Source: Polyangiaceae bacterium (GTDB lineage Bacteria > Myxococcota_A > Polyangia > Polyangiales > Polyangiaceae). From it: 64,000 nucleotides of DNA. The stretch covers positions 1 through 64,000 of the forward strand of contig JBGANF010000011.1 of assembly GCA_044222475.1 (NCBI GenBank), in the 5' to 3' direction. Each line of letters begins with the position of its first letter. Position 1 is the stretch's first letter. A model generated the notes under the pieces. That model was not told the origin of the DNA. It did not search any database and worked only from the letters and a program-made list of their open reading frames with translations. Shown in pieces: positions 29,234 through 37,738 of the stretch. The position numbers were made by a program, and so were the translations under genes.

Positions 29234-30130
29234 ATGCCCGCCGTGGACCTCGACGATTTGCTGCGCCGGACCAGCCGCACGTTCGCGCTCGCAATTCCGC
29301 TCCTCGACGAGCCGACGCGGCGCGAGGTCGGGCTTGCTTACCTCCTCTTCCGCATCGCCGACACGTTCGAGGACGAGTCGCGTTGGCCGAAGCAGCTGCG
29401 GCGCACCTGCCTCGTCGAGATGGCCGAGGTCCTCGACGGCAAGCGCGACGCGACCGAGACCACGCGCGCGTGGATGGCGCTCCCTCCGCTCCAGGACGCC
29501 GACTGCGCCGACCTCGTGCGCCAGACCGCCGACGTGCTCGCCGCGCTCGACGGGTGCGGCGCGGGCGCGAGCGCGATCGTGCGCAAGCACGTGCGGCGCA
29601 CGGCGCTCGGCATGGCCGACGTCGTCGAGTCCTGCGACGAGCACGGCGAGCTCGTCGTGAGCGACGTCGCCACGCTGAAGAACTACTGCTACATCGTCGC
29701 CGGCATCGTCGGCGAGATGCTGACCGAGCTCTTCGTCCTCGATGCGCCGCAGCTGCGCTCGGTCGAGGGCGATCTCGCCGAGGTCGCCGCGACCTTCGGT
29801 GAGGGCCTCCAGCTCGTGAACATCCTGAAGGACGCCGGCGGCGACGTGACCGAAGGTCGCAACTTCCTGCCGCCGGGTGTCCCGCTCGCGTCGCTCTTCG
29901 CGATCGCCCGCGGCGACCTCGATCGGGCGACGGAGTACGTGCGCACGCTCCACCGCTCCGGCGCTCCGCGCGGGACGATCGCCTTCACCGCGCTGCCCGT
30001 GCTGCTCGCGTACCGTGCGCTCGACGCGGTCGAGTCGCGCGGGTCGGGCGCGAAGGTCCCCCGCGAGGACGTGATGCAGATCTACGACGCGCTCGACAAG
30101 AAGCTCAGCGCGGGCGCGTTCCCGATCTGA
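29234..30130 (+). CDS. Squalene/phytoene synthase family protein (squalene-synthase-like)
   Basis: SRTF, YLLFRIADTFED, YCYIVAGIVG, GLQLVNILKD. Confidence 0.9.
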   Translation: MPAVDLDDLLRRTSRTFALAIPLLDEPTRREVGLAYLLFRIADTFEDESRWPKQLRRTCLVEMAEVLDGKRDATETTRAWMALPPLQDADCADLVRQTADVLAALDGCGAGASAIVRKHVRRTALGMADVVESCDEHGELVVSDVATLKNYCYIVAGIVGEMLTELFVLDAPQLRSVEGDLAEVAATFGEGLQLVNILKDAGGDVTEGRNFLPPGVPLASLFAIARGDLDRATEYVRTLHRSGAPRGTIAFTALPVLLAYRALDAVESRGSGAKVPREDVMQIYDALDKKLSAGAFPI

Positions 30131-30136
30131 GTCGCG

Positions 30137-30439
30137 TCAGGTCGCCGGTGCGCGCGCTCCGACGACGCGCATCGGCGCGAGCTCGTAGCGGTTCAGCTTC
30201 GCGACGATCGTCGGATCGGCGTCCATGATCGCGCGCGCGTCCGCTTCGGCCGCTACGTCGAAGAGGGCGATCCCGAACGGGGCCGCTCGATCGAGGACCG
30301 GCCCATACGCGAGGATCTTGCCCTGGTCGAAGAAGCCCTTCAGGTACTCCGCGTGGGCCTCCATGAGGCGCCGCTCTTCGTCGGTCATGTCCATGACGAA
30401 CGTCGCGCGCGGCGGGATCAGGCGCATGTAGAAGTGCAT
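30137..30439 (-). CDS. YCII-related protein
   Basis: LIPPRATF, AHAEYL, YGPVLD, DP motif. Confidence 0.85.
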   Translation of the reverse strand: MHFYMRLIPPRATFVMDMTDEERRLMEAHAEYLKGFFDQGKILAYGPVLDRAAPFGIALFDVAAEADARAIMDADPTIVAKLNRYELAPMRVVGARAPAT

Positions 30440-30454
30440 GCACCGGAGCGTAGC

Positions 30455-30628
30455 TCAGCGGCCGAAGATCCGATCCAGGATCGTGGGGTCACCCTTGGTC
30501 TCGGAGCGCTCTTCCCGGCAGCGGCAGCGCTGGTCCTTGGGGACGTCTCCGAGGACCTGCTCGATGTGAGCGCCGCAGCCGGCGTAGGTCGGTTTTTGGC
30601 AGGTCGAACATTTCACGCGAGCGCACAT
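30455..30628 (-). CDS. Small Cys-rich, putative metal-binding protein (57 aa)
   Basis: MCARVKCSTCQKPTYAGCGAHIEQVL..CRC; AAGGA RBS upstream. Confidence 0.8.
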   Translation of the reverse strand: MCARVKCSTCQKPTYAGCGAHIEQVLGDVPKDQRCRCREERSETKGDPTILDRIFGR

Positions 30629-30642
30629 GGGAGAATCCTTTC

Positions 30643-31086
30643 TTAGCCTGTTTCGACGGGGAAGCCACGATCGATCCAGTTGGCCTGGAGCGTCTTGGGG
30701 AGATCGAGCACCGAGACGTCGGTGAAGCCGAGCTCGGTCAGACGACGGTATGCGGGGCGGATGTTGGGGCAGTGGTCCCACGGGCAGCACCCGCAGTAGA
30801 GGACGATCTCGCGATCGCGCGGGAGGGGCTCCGCGTACGTCGCGAGCGCGGCGAGCCCCTCGGGCTCACCCGTCTCCCCAGGATGGACCGCGCCCGGGAG
30901 GTGGGACTTCTTGAACAGAACCTTGGGTCCCACGTGGAGCACGAGCGGTCGCGCGTTCGCGTCGCCTTGGAGGCGCGGTGCGAGCGCCTCCGGTGCGAGG
31001 ACTCGCTTGCTCGGCCAGGGGTCGTCGGTCGAGGTCTTCGTGCAGGCGGCGACCACCGTGAGCAGGAGAAAAGCGCGTCGTTTCAT
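30643..31086 (-). CDS. Exported rhodanese-domain lipoprotein
   Basis: Lipobox VAAC; HLPGA, IVLYCGCCPWDHCPN, LGFTDV, W..GFPVE; GGAGG RBS. Confidence 0.88.
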   Translation of the reverse strand: MKRRAFLLLTVVAACTKTSTDDPWPSKRVLAPEALAPRLQGDANARPLVLHVGPKVLFKKSHLPGAVHPGETGEPEGLAALATYAEPLPRDREIVLYCGCCPWDHCPNIRPAYRRLTELGFTDVSVLDLPKTLQANWIDRGFPVETG

Positions 31087-31124
31087 CGTTGCCTCCATGA
31101 GAGCCACCGGCGAGCGCAAAGGGT

Positions 31125-31745
31125 TCACGTGGGCTTCCTCGCCACGCCCTCGTAGGTGAAGCTCAGCCACTTGGCGCCGTCGCCGTGCTCGGCCTTCAGC
31201 TCCACGACGTCGAGCTCCGCGCCCAGAAGCTCCCTCTCGACGTCGCGGTCGAGGTGGCAACCTCCGCCGACGAAGCTCCACGCGGGGGTGAGGCGCCGTT
31301 GCCACGCCTGGGTCGACGGGTCGCGGGCCAAGCCGTGCTCGAGGAAGAAGAGCTCCGCTCCCGGGCGTAGGACGCGGCGCACCTCGGCGAGCGCGCGGTC
31401 GGGGTCGTCGACGCTGCACAGCGAGTACGTGACGACCGCGGAGTCGAAGGTCGAGTCGCCGAACGGGAGCTTCTCGGCCGTCGCTTCGACGAGGTCGACG
31501 CGCACATCGGTCGCTTTCGCGCGCTCGAGCGCTCGATCGAGCAACTCGCGTGACGGGTCGATGCCCGCGAGCGACCTCACGCGTCGCGGATCGTAGTGAG
31601 CGAGGTTGAGCCCGGAGCCGATGCCGATCTCGAGCACGTCGCCGTGGGCTCGCGGAACGAGCCGCGCGCGCTCCTCGGCGATCGCCTCGCCACGGCATGC
31701 GACCTCCACCAATCGCGGGAGGACGTGTTTCGCCCAGACGCTCAC
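31125..31745 (-). CDS. Class I SAM-dependent methyltransferase
   Basis: VLEIGIGSG, AEKLPF..FD, LCSV, VLRPG, FLEHG, GGCHL. Confidence 0.92.
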   Translation of the reverse strand: MSVWAKHVLPRLVEVACRGEAIAEERARLVPRAHGDVLEIGIGSGLNLAHYDPRRVRSLAGIDPSRELLDRALERAKATDVRVDLVEATAEKLPFGDSTFDSAVVTYSLCSVDDPDRALAEVRRVLRPGAELFFLEHGLARDPSTQAWQRRLTPAWSFVGGGCHLDRDVERELLGAELDVVELKAEHGDGAKWLSFTYEGVARKPT

Positions 31746-32443
31746 GAACGGCTCGCCGTCGGAGGCTTTGGCGCGGGCCGAATCCGGCCGTCCTCCATTT
31801 CGTAGAGGGCATCGAACACGTCGAGCGCTCGATGATCATGGGTGACGACGAGAACGGCCGCGCCGCGCTCGTGCGCCACCTTGCGAAAGAGCTCCATCAC
31901 CGTGCGACTCCGGACGCTGTCGAGCGCCGCCGTCGGTTCGTCGGCCAGGATGAGAGAAGGATCGTTCGCGAGGGCGCGTGCGATCGCGACGCGTTGCTGC
32001 TCTCCGCCGCTGAGCATCTCGGGGTACGCGTGCTCGCGGCTCGCGACACCGAGGTATTCCAGCAGCTCGATCGCGCGCTCCCGACCGCGCCCTTTGCCCC
32101 CGAACTCACAGGCGATCTCGACGTTTTCCCGGGCAGTGAGGAACGAGGTGAGGTTGGCCTTCTGGAACACGAAACCGAGGTGGCGCCGCCGAAGGAGGGA
32201 GAGATTGGCGAGGGCCTGACCGTCCTTGACGATGAGGCGCCCTTCGAAGAAGACCTCGCCGCTGTCGGCAGGTGACACGAAACCAAGCGCCTTGATGAGC
32301 GTCGACTTTCCCGAACCGCTCGGTCCGAGGAGCGCCGCCACCGTCCCCCGGGCGAGCGTGAGGCTGACGTCATCGAGCCCGACCACGGTCGACGCACCGC
32401 TTCCGTACGTCTTTCGCAGGTGGAGCGCGCGTACGGATTCCAT
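31742..32443 (-). CDS. ABC transporter ATP-binding protein (LolD/MacB-like)
   Basis: GPSGSGKST, LSGGEQQRVAIARA, ILADEPT, VTHD. Confidence 0.97.
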   Translation of the reverse strand: MESVRALHLRKTYGSGASTVVGLDDVSLTLARGTVAALLGPSGSGKSTLIKALGFVSPADSGEVFFEGRLIVKDGQALANLSLLRRRHLGFVFQKANLTSFLTARENVEIACEFGGKGRGRERAIELLEYLGVASREHAYPEMLSGGEQQRVAIARALANDPSLILADEPTAALDSVRSRTVMELFRKVAHERGAAVLVVTHDHRALDVFDALYEMEDGRIRPAPKPPTASRS

Positions 32444-33655
32444 CTAGCCCTCCAGCGCGCGCGCGGGGTCGATGCGCATCACGTGGCTCAAACCGAGCAA
32501 GCTCGCGAGCGTCATGATGGCGAAGGTCGCGAGGGGCGCGACGAGCGAGATCGTGTCCGTGATCAGTACCCGCCGCGGAAACATCGGGAACGAGAAGACG
32601 CCGACGGCGTAGGCGAGCGCGTACGCCAGCGCGCCGAGCAGCCACGCTTGCTGGATCACGAGACCAAGGAGTCTCGACCGAGGAGCGCCCATCAGCTTGA
32701 GGACGGCGAGATCGTGCGTCTTCTCGAGCGTCAGGTTGTAGATGACCATCATCACGATCACGGCTGCGGTGAGGGTCAGGATGAAGGTGAACAGCCCGAT
32801 CTGCATCCGGGCGCGTTGAACGACACCGCTCAAGAGCAGGTTCTCTTCTTCGTCTTGCGAGTAGACGCTCACGTCGCCCCAGCTGCCCATCGTCGCTCGC
32901 ACCTCGTCCAGACGCTCGGGCTCCACTTCGACGAGCACGGCGGCGACGGGTGGCGAGGCGAGAGCAGGCGACCGCCAGCGCGGATCGGCCGCGAGGTCGA
33001 CGAGCGTCGGCTGGGCTCGCCCGAGATCGGTGCGCGTCAAGCGATCGACGACGCGCTGCCGCTCGAGCAGCGTCGCTTCCCCTGGTTGGTCGAAGGCGAC
33101 GAGCTCGGCGTCGGCGACGGTCATGAACGCGACCGAATCCCCGCCCGAGGTCAGCGCGTTGCTCGTGAGGCCGACGACCGTGTAGGGCTCGCCAGCGAGC
33201 TCGATGGACTCGCCGATGACGACGCCGAGGGACGCATCGACGATCAGCTCGCCATGCGGCTGAAGCAGCTGGCGGCCGCGAACGAGCGGAAGCGAGCGGC
33301 CCGGATCGTCGGGCCATCCGAGGCCCACGAGCGCGATCCGCAGCACCGAACCGTGGTGATCGCGCTGGATCAGTTGATACGTGTATGGTCGCGCGCTCTT
33401 CACTCCGGGCACCGATGCGGCGCGGCTCTCGATGCTCGGGTCGAGCCTGGAGCCCTCGGCGAAGGGCCCACGGGTGTCTCGCTGGACGACCCAGAGATCC
33501 GCGTTCATCGCGCGAGTGAGGATCGTCGCGTCGTCCACCATCCCGGCGTAGATGCCTTGCATCGCGATGACGACACTCAAGAGGAGCCCGATGCCGGCCG
33601 CCGTCCCGAGGAAACGAGCGAGGTGGCGCCTTACGTCGCGGAGCGCGAGGTTCAT
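32444..33655 (-). CDS. ABC transporter permease (MacB/FtsX/DevC-like)
   Basis: N-terminal TM, large periplasmic loop, three C-terminal TMs, LKLMGA. Confidence 0.93.
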   Translation of the reverse strand: MNLALRDVRRHLARFLGTAAGIGLLLSVVIAMQGIYAGMVDDATILTRAMNADLWVVQRDTRGPFAEGSRLDPSIESRAASVPGVKSARPYTYQLIQRDHHGSVLRIALVGLGWPDDPGRSLPLVRGRQLLQPHGELIVDASLGVVIGESIELAGEPYTVVGLTSNALTSGGDSVAFMTVADAELVAFDQPGEATLLERQRVVDRLTRTDLGRAQPTLVDLAADPRWRSPALASPPVAAVLVEVEPERLDEVRATMGSWGDVSVYSQDEEENLLLSGVVQRARMQIGLFTFILTLTAAVIVMMVIYNLTLEKTHDLAVLKLMGAPRSRLLGLVIQQAWLLGALAYALAYAVGVFSFPMFPRRVLITDTISLVAPLATFAIMTLASLLGLSHVMRIDPARALEG

Positions 33656-34854
33656 CGGGCCGCCCACCGTCGCCCGACGGGGAGGGTCACCCCCGCGCGT
33701 GGCGAAGCGAGGAGAGCGTCACCCTCGGAGAGGCCATCGAGCACCTCGACGAAGTCGCCGCCCGAGACGCCGAAGCGGGGGCGCGCGATCGCGATCTTGC
33801 CGTTTCGATCGACGTAGAGGTAGGCGCCTTCCGCGTCGTGATGGATCATGCGGGACGGCACGCGGAGGACTCCCTCGTGCACGGCGAGAGCGATTCGCAC
33901 GTCCGCGCGCTGTCCGATCGCGACCCGGCGATCGAGGCGATCCGGGGTCACCTCGACGATCAGCTCGTGCGTCTGTCGATCGGCCTCCCAGGAGATCTTC
34001 GACACCCGACCTGCGACGGGGTCGGCGAAGCCGGGGAACCGGATCGTGCTCCGTTCGTCCGCTGCAAGCAACGGGAGCACGGTTTCGTCGATGAATGCGC
34101 TCACGTAGACGCGGCCCGTGTCGACGATCCGGAGCACGGTCGAGCCCACGGTGACGGTGTCGCCGGGCTCGCGGAGTCGCCTCGTCACGAGACCGTCGAA
34201 CGGTGCGAGGAGCGTCGCCCGTACCATGGCGACGCGCCTCTGCTCGGCGCCTCCGGACGCGACGTCGATCCCGCGCGTTGCCTCCGAGCGTTGCGCGAGC
34301 ACGCGATCGAGATCGGCGCGAGCGACGCGCAGATGATCGGCGGCGTCGTCGCGCTGTTGGCCGGTGATCGCTCCGGCTTCGAAGAGTGCCTGAGTCCGCG
34401 TGGCATCTCGGTCAGCGGTGCCAAGTAGCGCGCGCGCGCGCTCTTCCTCTGCAGCGAGCCGCTGCAGCGATGCGCGCGCAGCGGCGATGCCCGTTTGTGC
34501 CGACCGGAAATCGGCTTTGGCCTGGTCGGTTTCGAGGCGGGCGAGCTCCTGCCCGAGCGAGACCCGGTCGCCCTCGTCGACGAGGACGTCGCTCAGGCGA
34601 CCCACGAGATCGAAGCCGACTGCGGCTTCGCGTTGGCTCTCGATGGTGCCGCGGCCGAAGGCTTCTCGGGTCACCGTCCCGCGGTCCACGTGGGCGAGCT
34701 CGACGTCGACCGGAGACCAAAGGCGAAACCAGGCGAGCCCGAGCGCGGCGAGGAGGAGCAGCAAAGCCCAAACGCTCCGCCGCGCGAAACCGAGCACGCG
34801 TGCGATGAAGTGCTTCACTGTCATGGGAGCCGTCTTCTCTTGGAGTGGGTTCAC
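33652..34854 (-). CDS. Efflux periplasmic adaptor (membrane fusion protein)
   Basis: TM anchor, VDEGDRV..GQ.LARL, coiled coil, LLAPFDGLV. Confidence 0.93.
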   Translation of the reverse strand: MNPLQEKTAPMTVKHFIARVLGFARRSVWALLLLLAALGLAWFRLWSPVDVELAHVDRGTVTREAFGRGTIESQREAAVGFDLVGRLSDVLVDEGDRVSLGQELARLETDQAKADFRSAQTGIAAARASLQRLAAEEERARALLGTADRDATRTQALFEAGAITGQQRDDAADHLRVARADLDRVLAQRSEATRGIDVASGGAEQRRVAMVRATLLAPFDGLVTRRLREPGDTVTVGSTVLRIVDTGRVYVSAFIDETVLPLLAADERSTIRFPGFADPVAGRVSKISWEADRQTHELIVEVTPDRLDRRVAIGQRADVRIALAVHEGVLRVPSRMIHHDAEGAYLYVDRNGKIAIARPRFGVSGGDFVEVLDGLSEGDALLASPRAGVTLPVGRRWAAR

Positions 34855-35286
34855 TCACGAGCGGGTGACGTTCACCTGGACGTCGATCCCTTCGCGGACG
34901 CTCTGCGTGACCACGCAGAAGTCTTCGAAGGTCTTCATGCAGGCCTCGAAGGCTTCGTCCGGGATCGGCGACCCGGGGTGGATCGTCACCTCGACGCGGC
35001 CGACGCGCAGGCGTTTGTGCTCGTTGCGCACGAGCTGGACGTGGACCGAGGAGCGCAGCCCCTCCATGGTCACGCCCCGGCGCTTGAGGCAGAACACGAG
35101 GCTCGCCGAGAGGCAGTCGCCGATCGCCGCGGCGAGGATCCTGGCTGGATTTGGAGCCGTGTCCTGGCCCAGAGGGGGAGGCTCGTCGATGCGGAGATCC
35201 GCGTAGCTCTCCTTGTCGAAGCGGACCCGAAAGTCGAACCCGGAAACCTGCTCCACCTGAAGCGTGAACTCGCCTGCATTTTCCAT
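34855..35286 (-). CDS. OsmC family protein
   Basis: DEPPPLG..PNP..LAAAIGDCL and FEDFCVVTQS (two Cys). Confidence 0.9.
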   Translation of the reverse strand: MENAGEFTLQVEQVSGFDFRVRFDKESYADLRIDEPPPLGQDTAPNPARILAAAIGDCLSASLVFCLKRRGVTMEGLRSSVHVQLVRNEHKRLRVGRVEVTIHPGSPIPDEAFEACMKTFEDFCVVTQSVREGIDVQVNVTRS

Positions 35287-35299
35287 GGTCGTGGGCGCT

Positions 35300-35314
35300 G
35301 CACGGATCGCGCCA
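35300..35314 (-). promoter_or_regulatory. Putative sigma-54 promoter (TGGCGCGATCCGTGC)
   Basis: GG-N10-GC; the -12 C at 35300 lies 14 nt before ATG 35286. Confidence 0.6.
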
Positions 35315-35433
35315 TTGCTGCGCGGCCGCTGCGGCTTCGCTTGCGGGATGCAAGGCGTGCGCTCCGTGCGCGCAAAACTCCGCAAGCGAACCCTCGCCGC
35401 CGGGACGCGGCTCTCACTCGTGAGGTGATTGTC

Positions 35434-35541
35434 ATGAACAACGGTTCGCTGATGGGTCTCCTGACCGGCGCAGTCTTCTTCGCGGCCATGTACCTCCCGT
35501 TCTGGATCGCCAGCCGGCAGCAACGGCACGCCCACGTCTGA
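35434..35541 (+). CDS. Putative 35-aa single-TM microprotein
   Basis: GAGGTG RBS before ATG; MNNGSLMGLLTGAVFFAAMYLPFWIASRQQRHAHV. Confidence 0.55.
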   Translation: MNNGSLMGLLTGAVFFAAMYLPFWIASRQQRHAHV

Positions 35542-35544
35542 GGC

Positions 35545-35730
35545 CTACTTCCTCGACTTCGGTCTCGGCGCTTCGGCGCTCGACGCGGGCTCGGGGATCG
35601 GCTTCCCGCACTTTCGGCAGGTGTAGACCGTGCCCTTCTTCGCCCGCGCTCGCGCCTGGATCTCCCCGCAGCTCGCGCACTCGAGGCGGACGACGGCGGC
35701 CCGCGACGCGGCTCCGAAGATGATCGGCAT
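35545..35730 (-). CDS. Small zinc-ribbon protein
   Basis: CASC and CRKC pairs; TAGGTT 6 nt before the ATG. Confidence 0.7.
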   Translation of the reverse strand: MPIIFGAASRAAVVRLECASCGEIQARARAKKGTVYTCRKCGKPIPEPASSAEAPRPKSRK

Positions 35731-35739
35731 GGTCGAAAC

Positions 35740-37443
35740 CTAGCTCTCCGTCGGCGTCGCGTCACGGCCGGTGACGTCGTTTCGTACGCGATCGCGAGCG
35801 CGGTCGAGCTGTTCGGCCGAGGCGCCGAGCTGAACCAGGAGTCGCTCGCCCATCGCGAGCGCGACCTCGGCCTCGACCGAGACGACGTGGTTCGCGCCGA
35901 GCTTCTCCAACCCGTCGACCTCGCGTTGATAGGCCGCGCGCGCGAGGACCCGAAGCGCCGGGTTCATCTCTTTCGCGAGCTGAATCACCGCCGCCGACGG
36001 ACCCGACGCCGTGTGGACCAGGCTGCCTGCGTGTCCGATCCCGGCTCGCTCGAGGATCTCGCGCTGCGACGCGTCGCCGTAGATCGCCGGCATGCCCCGC
36101 GCGCGGAGCTCGGCCACGGTTTCGTGATTGAGATCGATCACGGTCGGCTCGATGCCGCTCTCGACGAGGAGCTTCGAGAGGCTTCGTCCGATCGGGCCGT
36201 ACCCGACGACAATCGCACGAAACGCCGGGTCGACCCTCGGTCTCGGGGCCTCGGCCGCCGGGCTAGGGCCGCCCAGTCGCCGGGCGATCGGGTCCACGAG
36301 GCGCAGGAGGATCGGGTTCACCGTGATCGAGACCATGGCGACGGCGACGAGGGATTGAGTCGCCTCCGCAGGAAGGACACCGAGCTTTCCGCCGAGGGCG
36401 GCCACCATGAAGGAGAACTCGCCGATCTGCGCGAGCCCGAGCGCGAGGGCGACGGCCGTCTTCACGGGGTAGCGAAGGGCGAGCGTGAAGGCGAGCGCGA
36501 TCAGCGGCTTCGCGAGGAGGACCACCGCGAGCGTGAGGAGCGTCAGGCGGAGGTTTGGCGCGAGCTCGTGCGGGTCGAGCTGCATCCCCGTCGCGACGAA
36601 GAAGAGGACGGCGAACGCGTCGCGCATGGGGAGCGCCTCCGAACCCGCGCGCGCGCCGAAGTCCGACTGGCCCACCACGAGCCCCGCGAGGAATGCGCCG
36701 AGTGCCATCGAAGCGCCGAACAGCTTCGCCGCCGCGACCGCGACGCCGAGAGCGATGACGAGCACGGCGAGCGTGAAGAGCTCGCGCGAGCGCGTCTTGG
36801 CAACGTAGGCGAGGACCCACGGGATCACGCGGCGCCCGACGACGAGAGTGAACGCCACCAGGCCCCCGATCTTGGCGAGCGCGATCGCGATCGAGAGCGC
36901 GAGTGCGCTCCCTTTGGCGTCGCTCGCAGTGAGGAGCGGCAAGAGGACGACGGCGAGGACGACGGCGACGTCTTCCACCAGGAGCCACCCGATCGCCACG
37001 TGACCCGCCTGCGATTGGAGCAGGTTTCGATCGGCGAAGACGCGGAGCAGGACCACCGTACTCGCCGCCGCCAACGCGACCCCGAACACGATGCCCGCGG
37101 TCACGGTCCAACCGAAGAGCCGTGTCGCTCCGAACCCGGCGAGGACCGCCGCGGTCATCGCCACGATCGCACCCGGCAGCGCGACCCGTCGAACCGCGAG
37201 CAGCTCCTTCACGTGGAGGTTCAGCCCGACGCCGAACATGAGCAGGATCACCCCGAGCTCGGCGAGCTGGTTCGCGAGGCCGGAGTGCGCGACGAACCCG
37301 GGAGTGAACGGACCCACCGCGACCCCCGCGGCGAGGTACCCCACGATCGGAGAAAGGCCGATCTTCTGCGCGGCGAACCCGAGCAGGAGCGCACCGGCGA
37401 GAGCGCCGGTGAGCGTCATGATCAGCTCGAGGCCGTGGTCCAT
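35740..37443 (-). CDS. CPA2 cation:proton antiporter with TrkA-N/RCK domain (YbaL/RosB-like)
   Basis: PIVGYL, ELGVILLMFGVGL, EDV, GAFLAG, QIGEFSF, IVVGYGPIG, YGDA. Confidence 0.95.
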   Translation of the reverse strand: MDHGLELIMTLTGALAGALLLGFAAQKIGLSPIVGYLAAGVAVGPFTPGFVAHSGLANQLAELGVILLMFGVGLNLHVKELLAVRRVALPGAIVAMTAAVLAGFGATRLFGWTVTAGIVFGVALAAASTVVLLRVFADRNLLQSQAGHVAIGWLLVEDVAVVLAVVLLPLLTASDAKGSALALSIAIALAKIGGLVAFTLVVGRRVIPWVLAYVAKTRSRELFTLAVLVIALGVAVAAAKLFGASMALGAFLAGLVVGQSDFGARAGSEALPMRDAFAVLFFVATGMQLDPHELAPNLRLTLLTLAVVLLAKPLIALAFTLALRYPVKTAVALALGLAQIGEFSFMVAALGGKLGVLPAEATQSLVAVAMVSITVNPILLRLVDPIARRLGGPSPAAEAPRPRVDPAFRAIVVGYGPIGRSLSKLLVESGIEPTVIDLNHETVAELRARGMPAIYGDASQREILERAGIGHAGSLVHTASGPSAAVIQLAKEMNPALRVLARAAYQREVDGLEKLGANHVVSVEAEVALAMGERLLVQLGASAEQLDRARDRVRNDVTGRDATPTES

Positions 37444-37479
37444 CCCCACTAGGATGCCAGAGAACCGATTTCCGCTCGC

Positions 37480-37738
37480 CTAGCGGGCTGCGGAAAAGCG
37501 CCCAGGCACGTAGCGTGCCCTCCTGCCAAGACCGCGAACCTGACGCTCGGGAGCGGGAGCGGGAAGGGATCTGTACCAAACTGGGATACTTTCGACGAAG
37601 CGGCCACTTTCATGGGGATTCACGATGTCCTCGGCCGTCGAGCATCTTCCCGCTCCCGCTCCCCCTCCCGAGCGACAACCTGCCAAACCGCCAGGAGGGC
37701 ACGCAACCTGCGACTACGCTTTTTCCGCACCCTGCTAG
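37480..37738. mobile_element. MITE-like non-autonomous element with CTAG at both ends and long imperfect inverted repeats
   Basis: Left CTAG-CGGGCTGCGGAAAAGCG..GCGTGCCCTCCTG..CGCTCGGGAGCGGGAGCGGGAAG is mirrored in reverse complement at 37646-37738. Confidence 0.75.

Noticed and set aside
37480..37686. 68-aa ORF inside the inverted-repeat element
   Set aside because: No RBS or motif; its sequence is explained by the repeat arms
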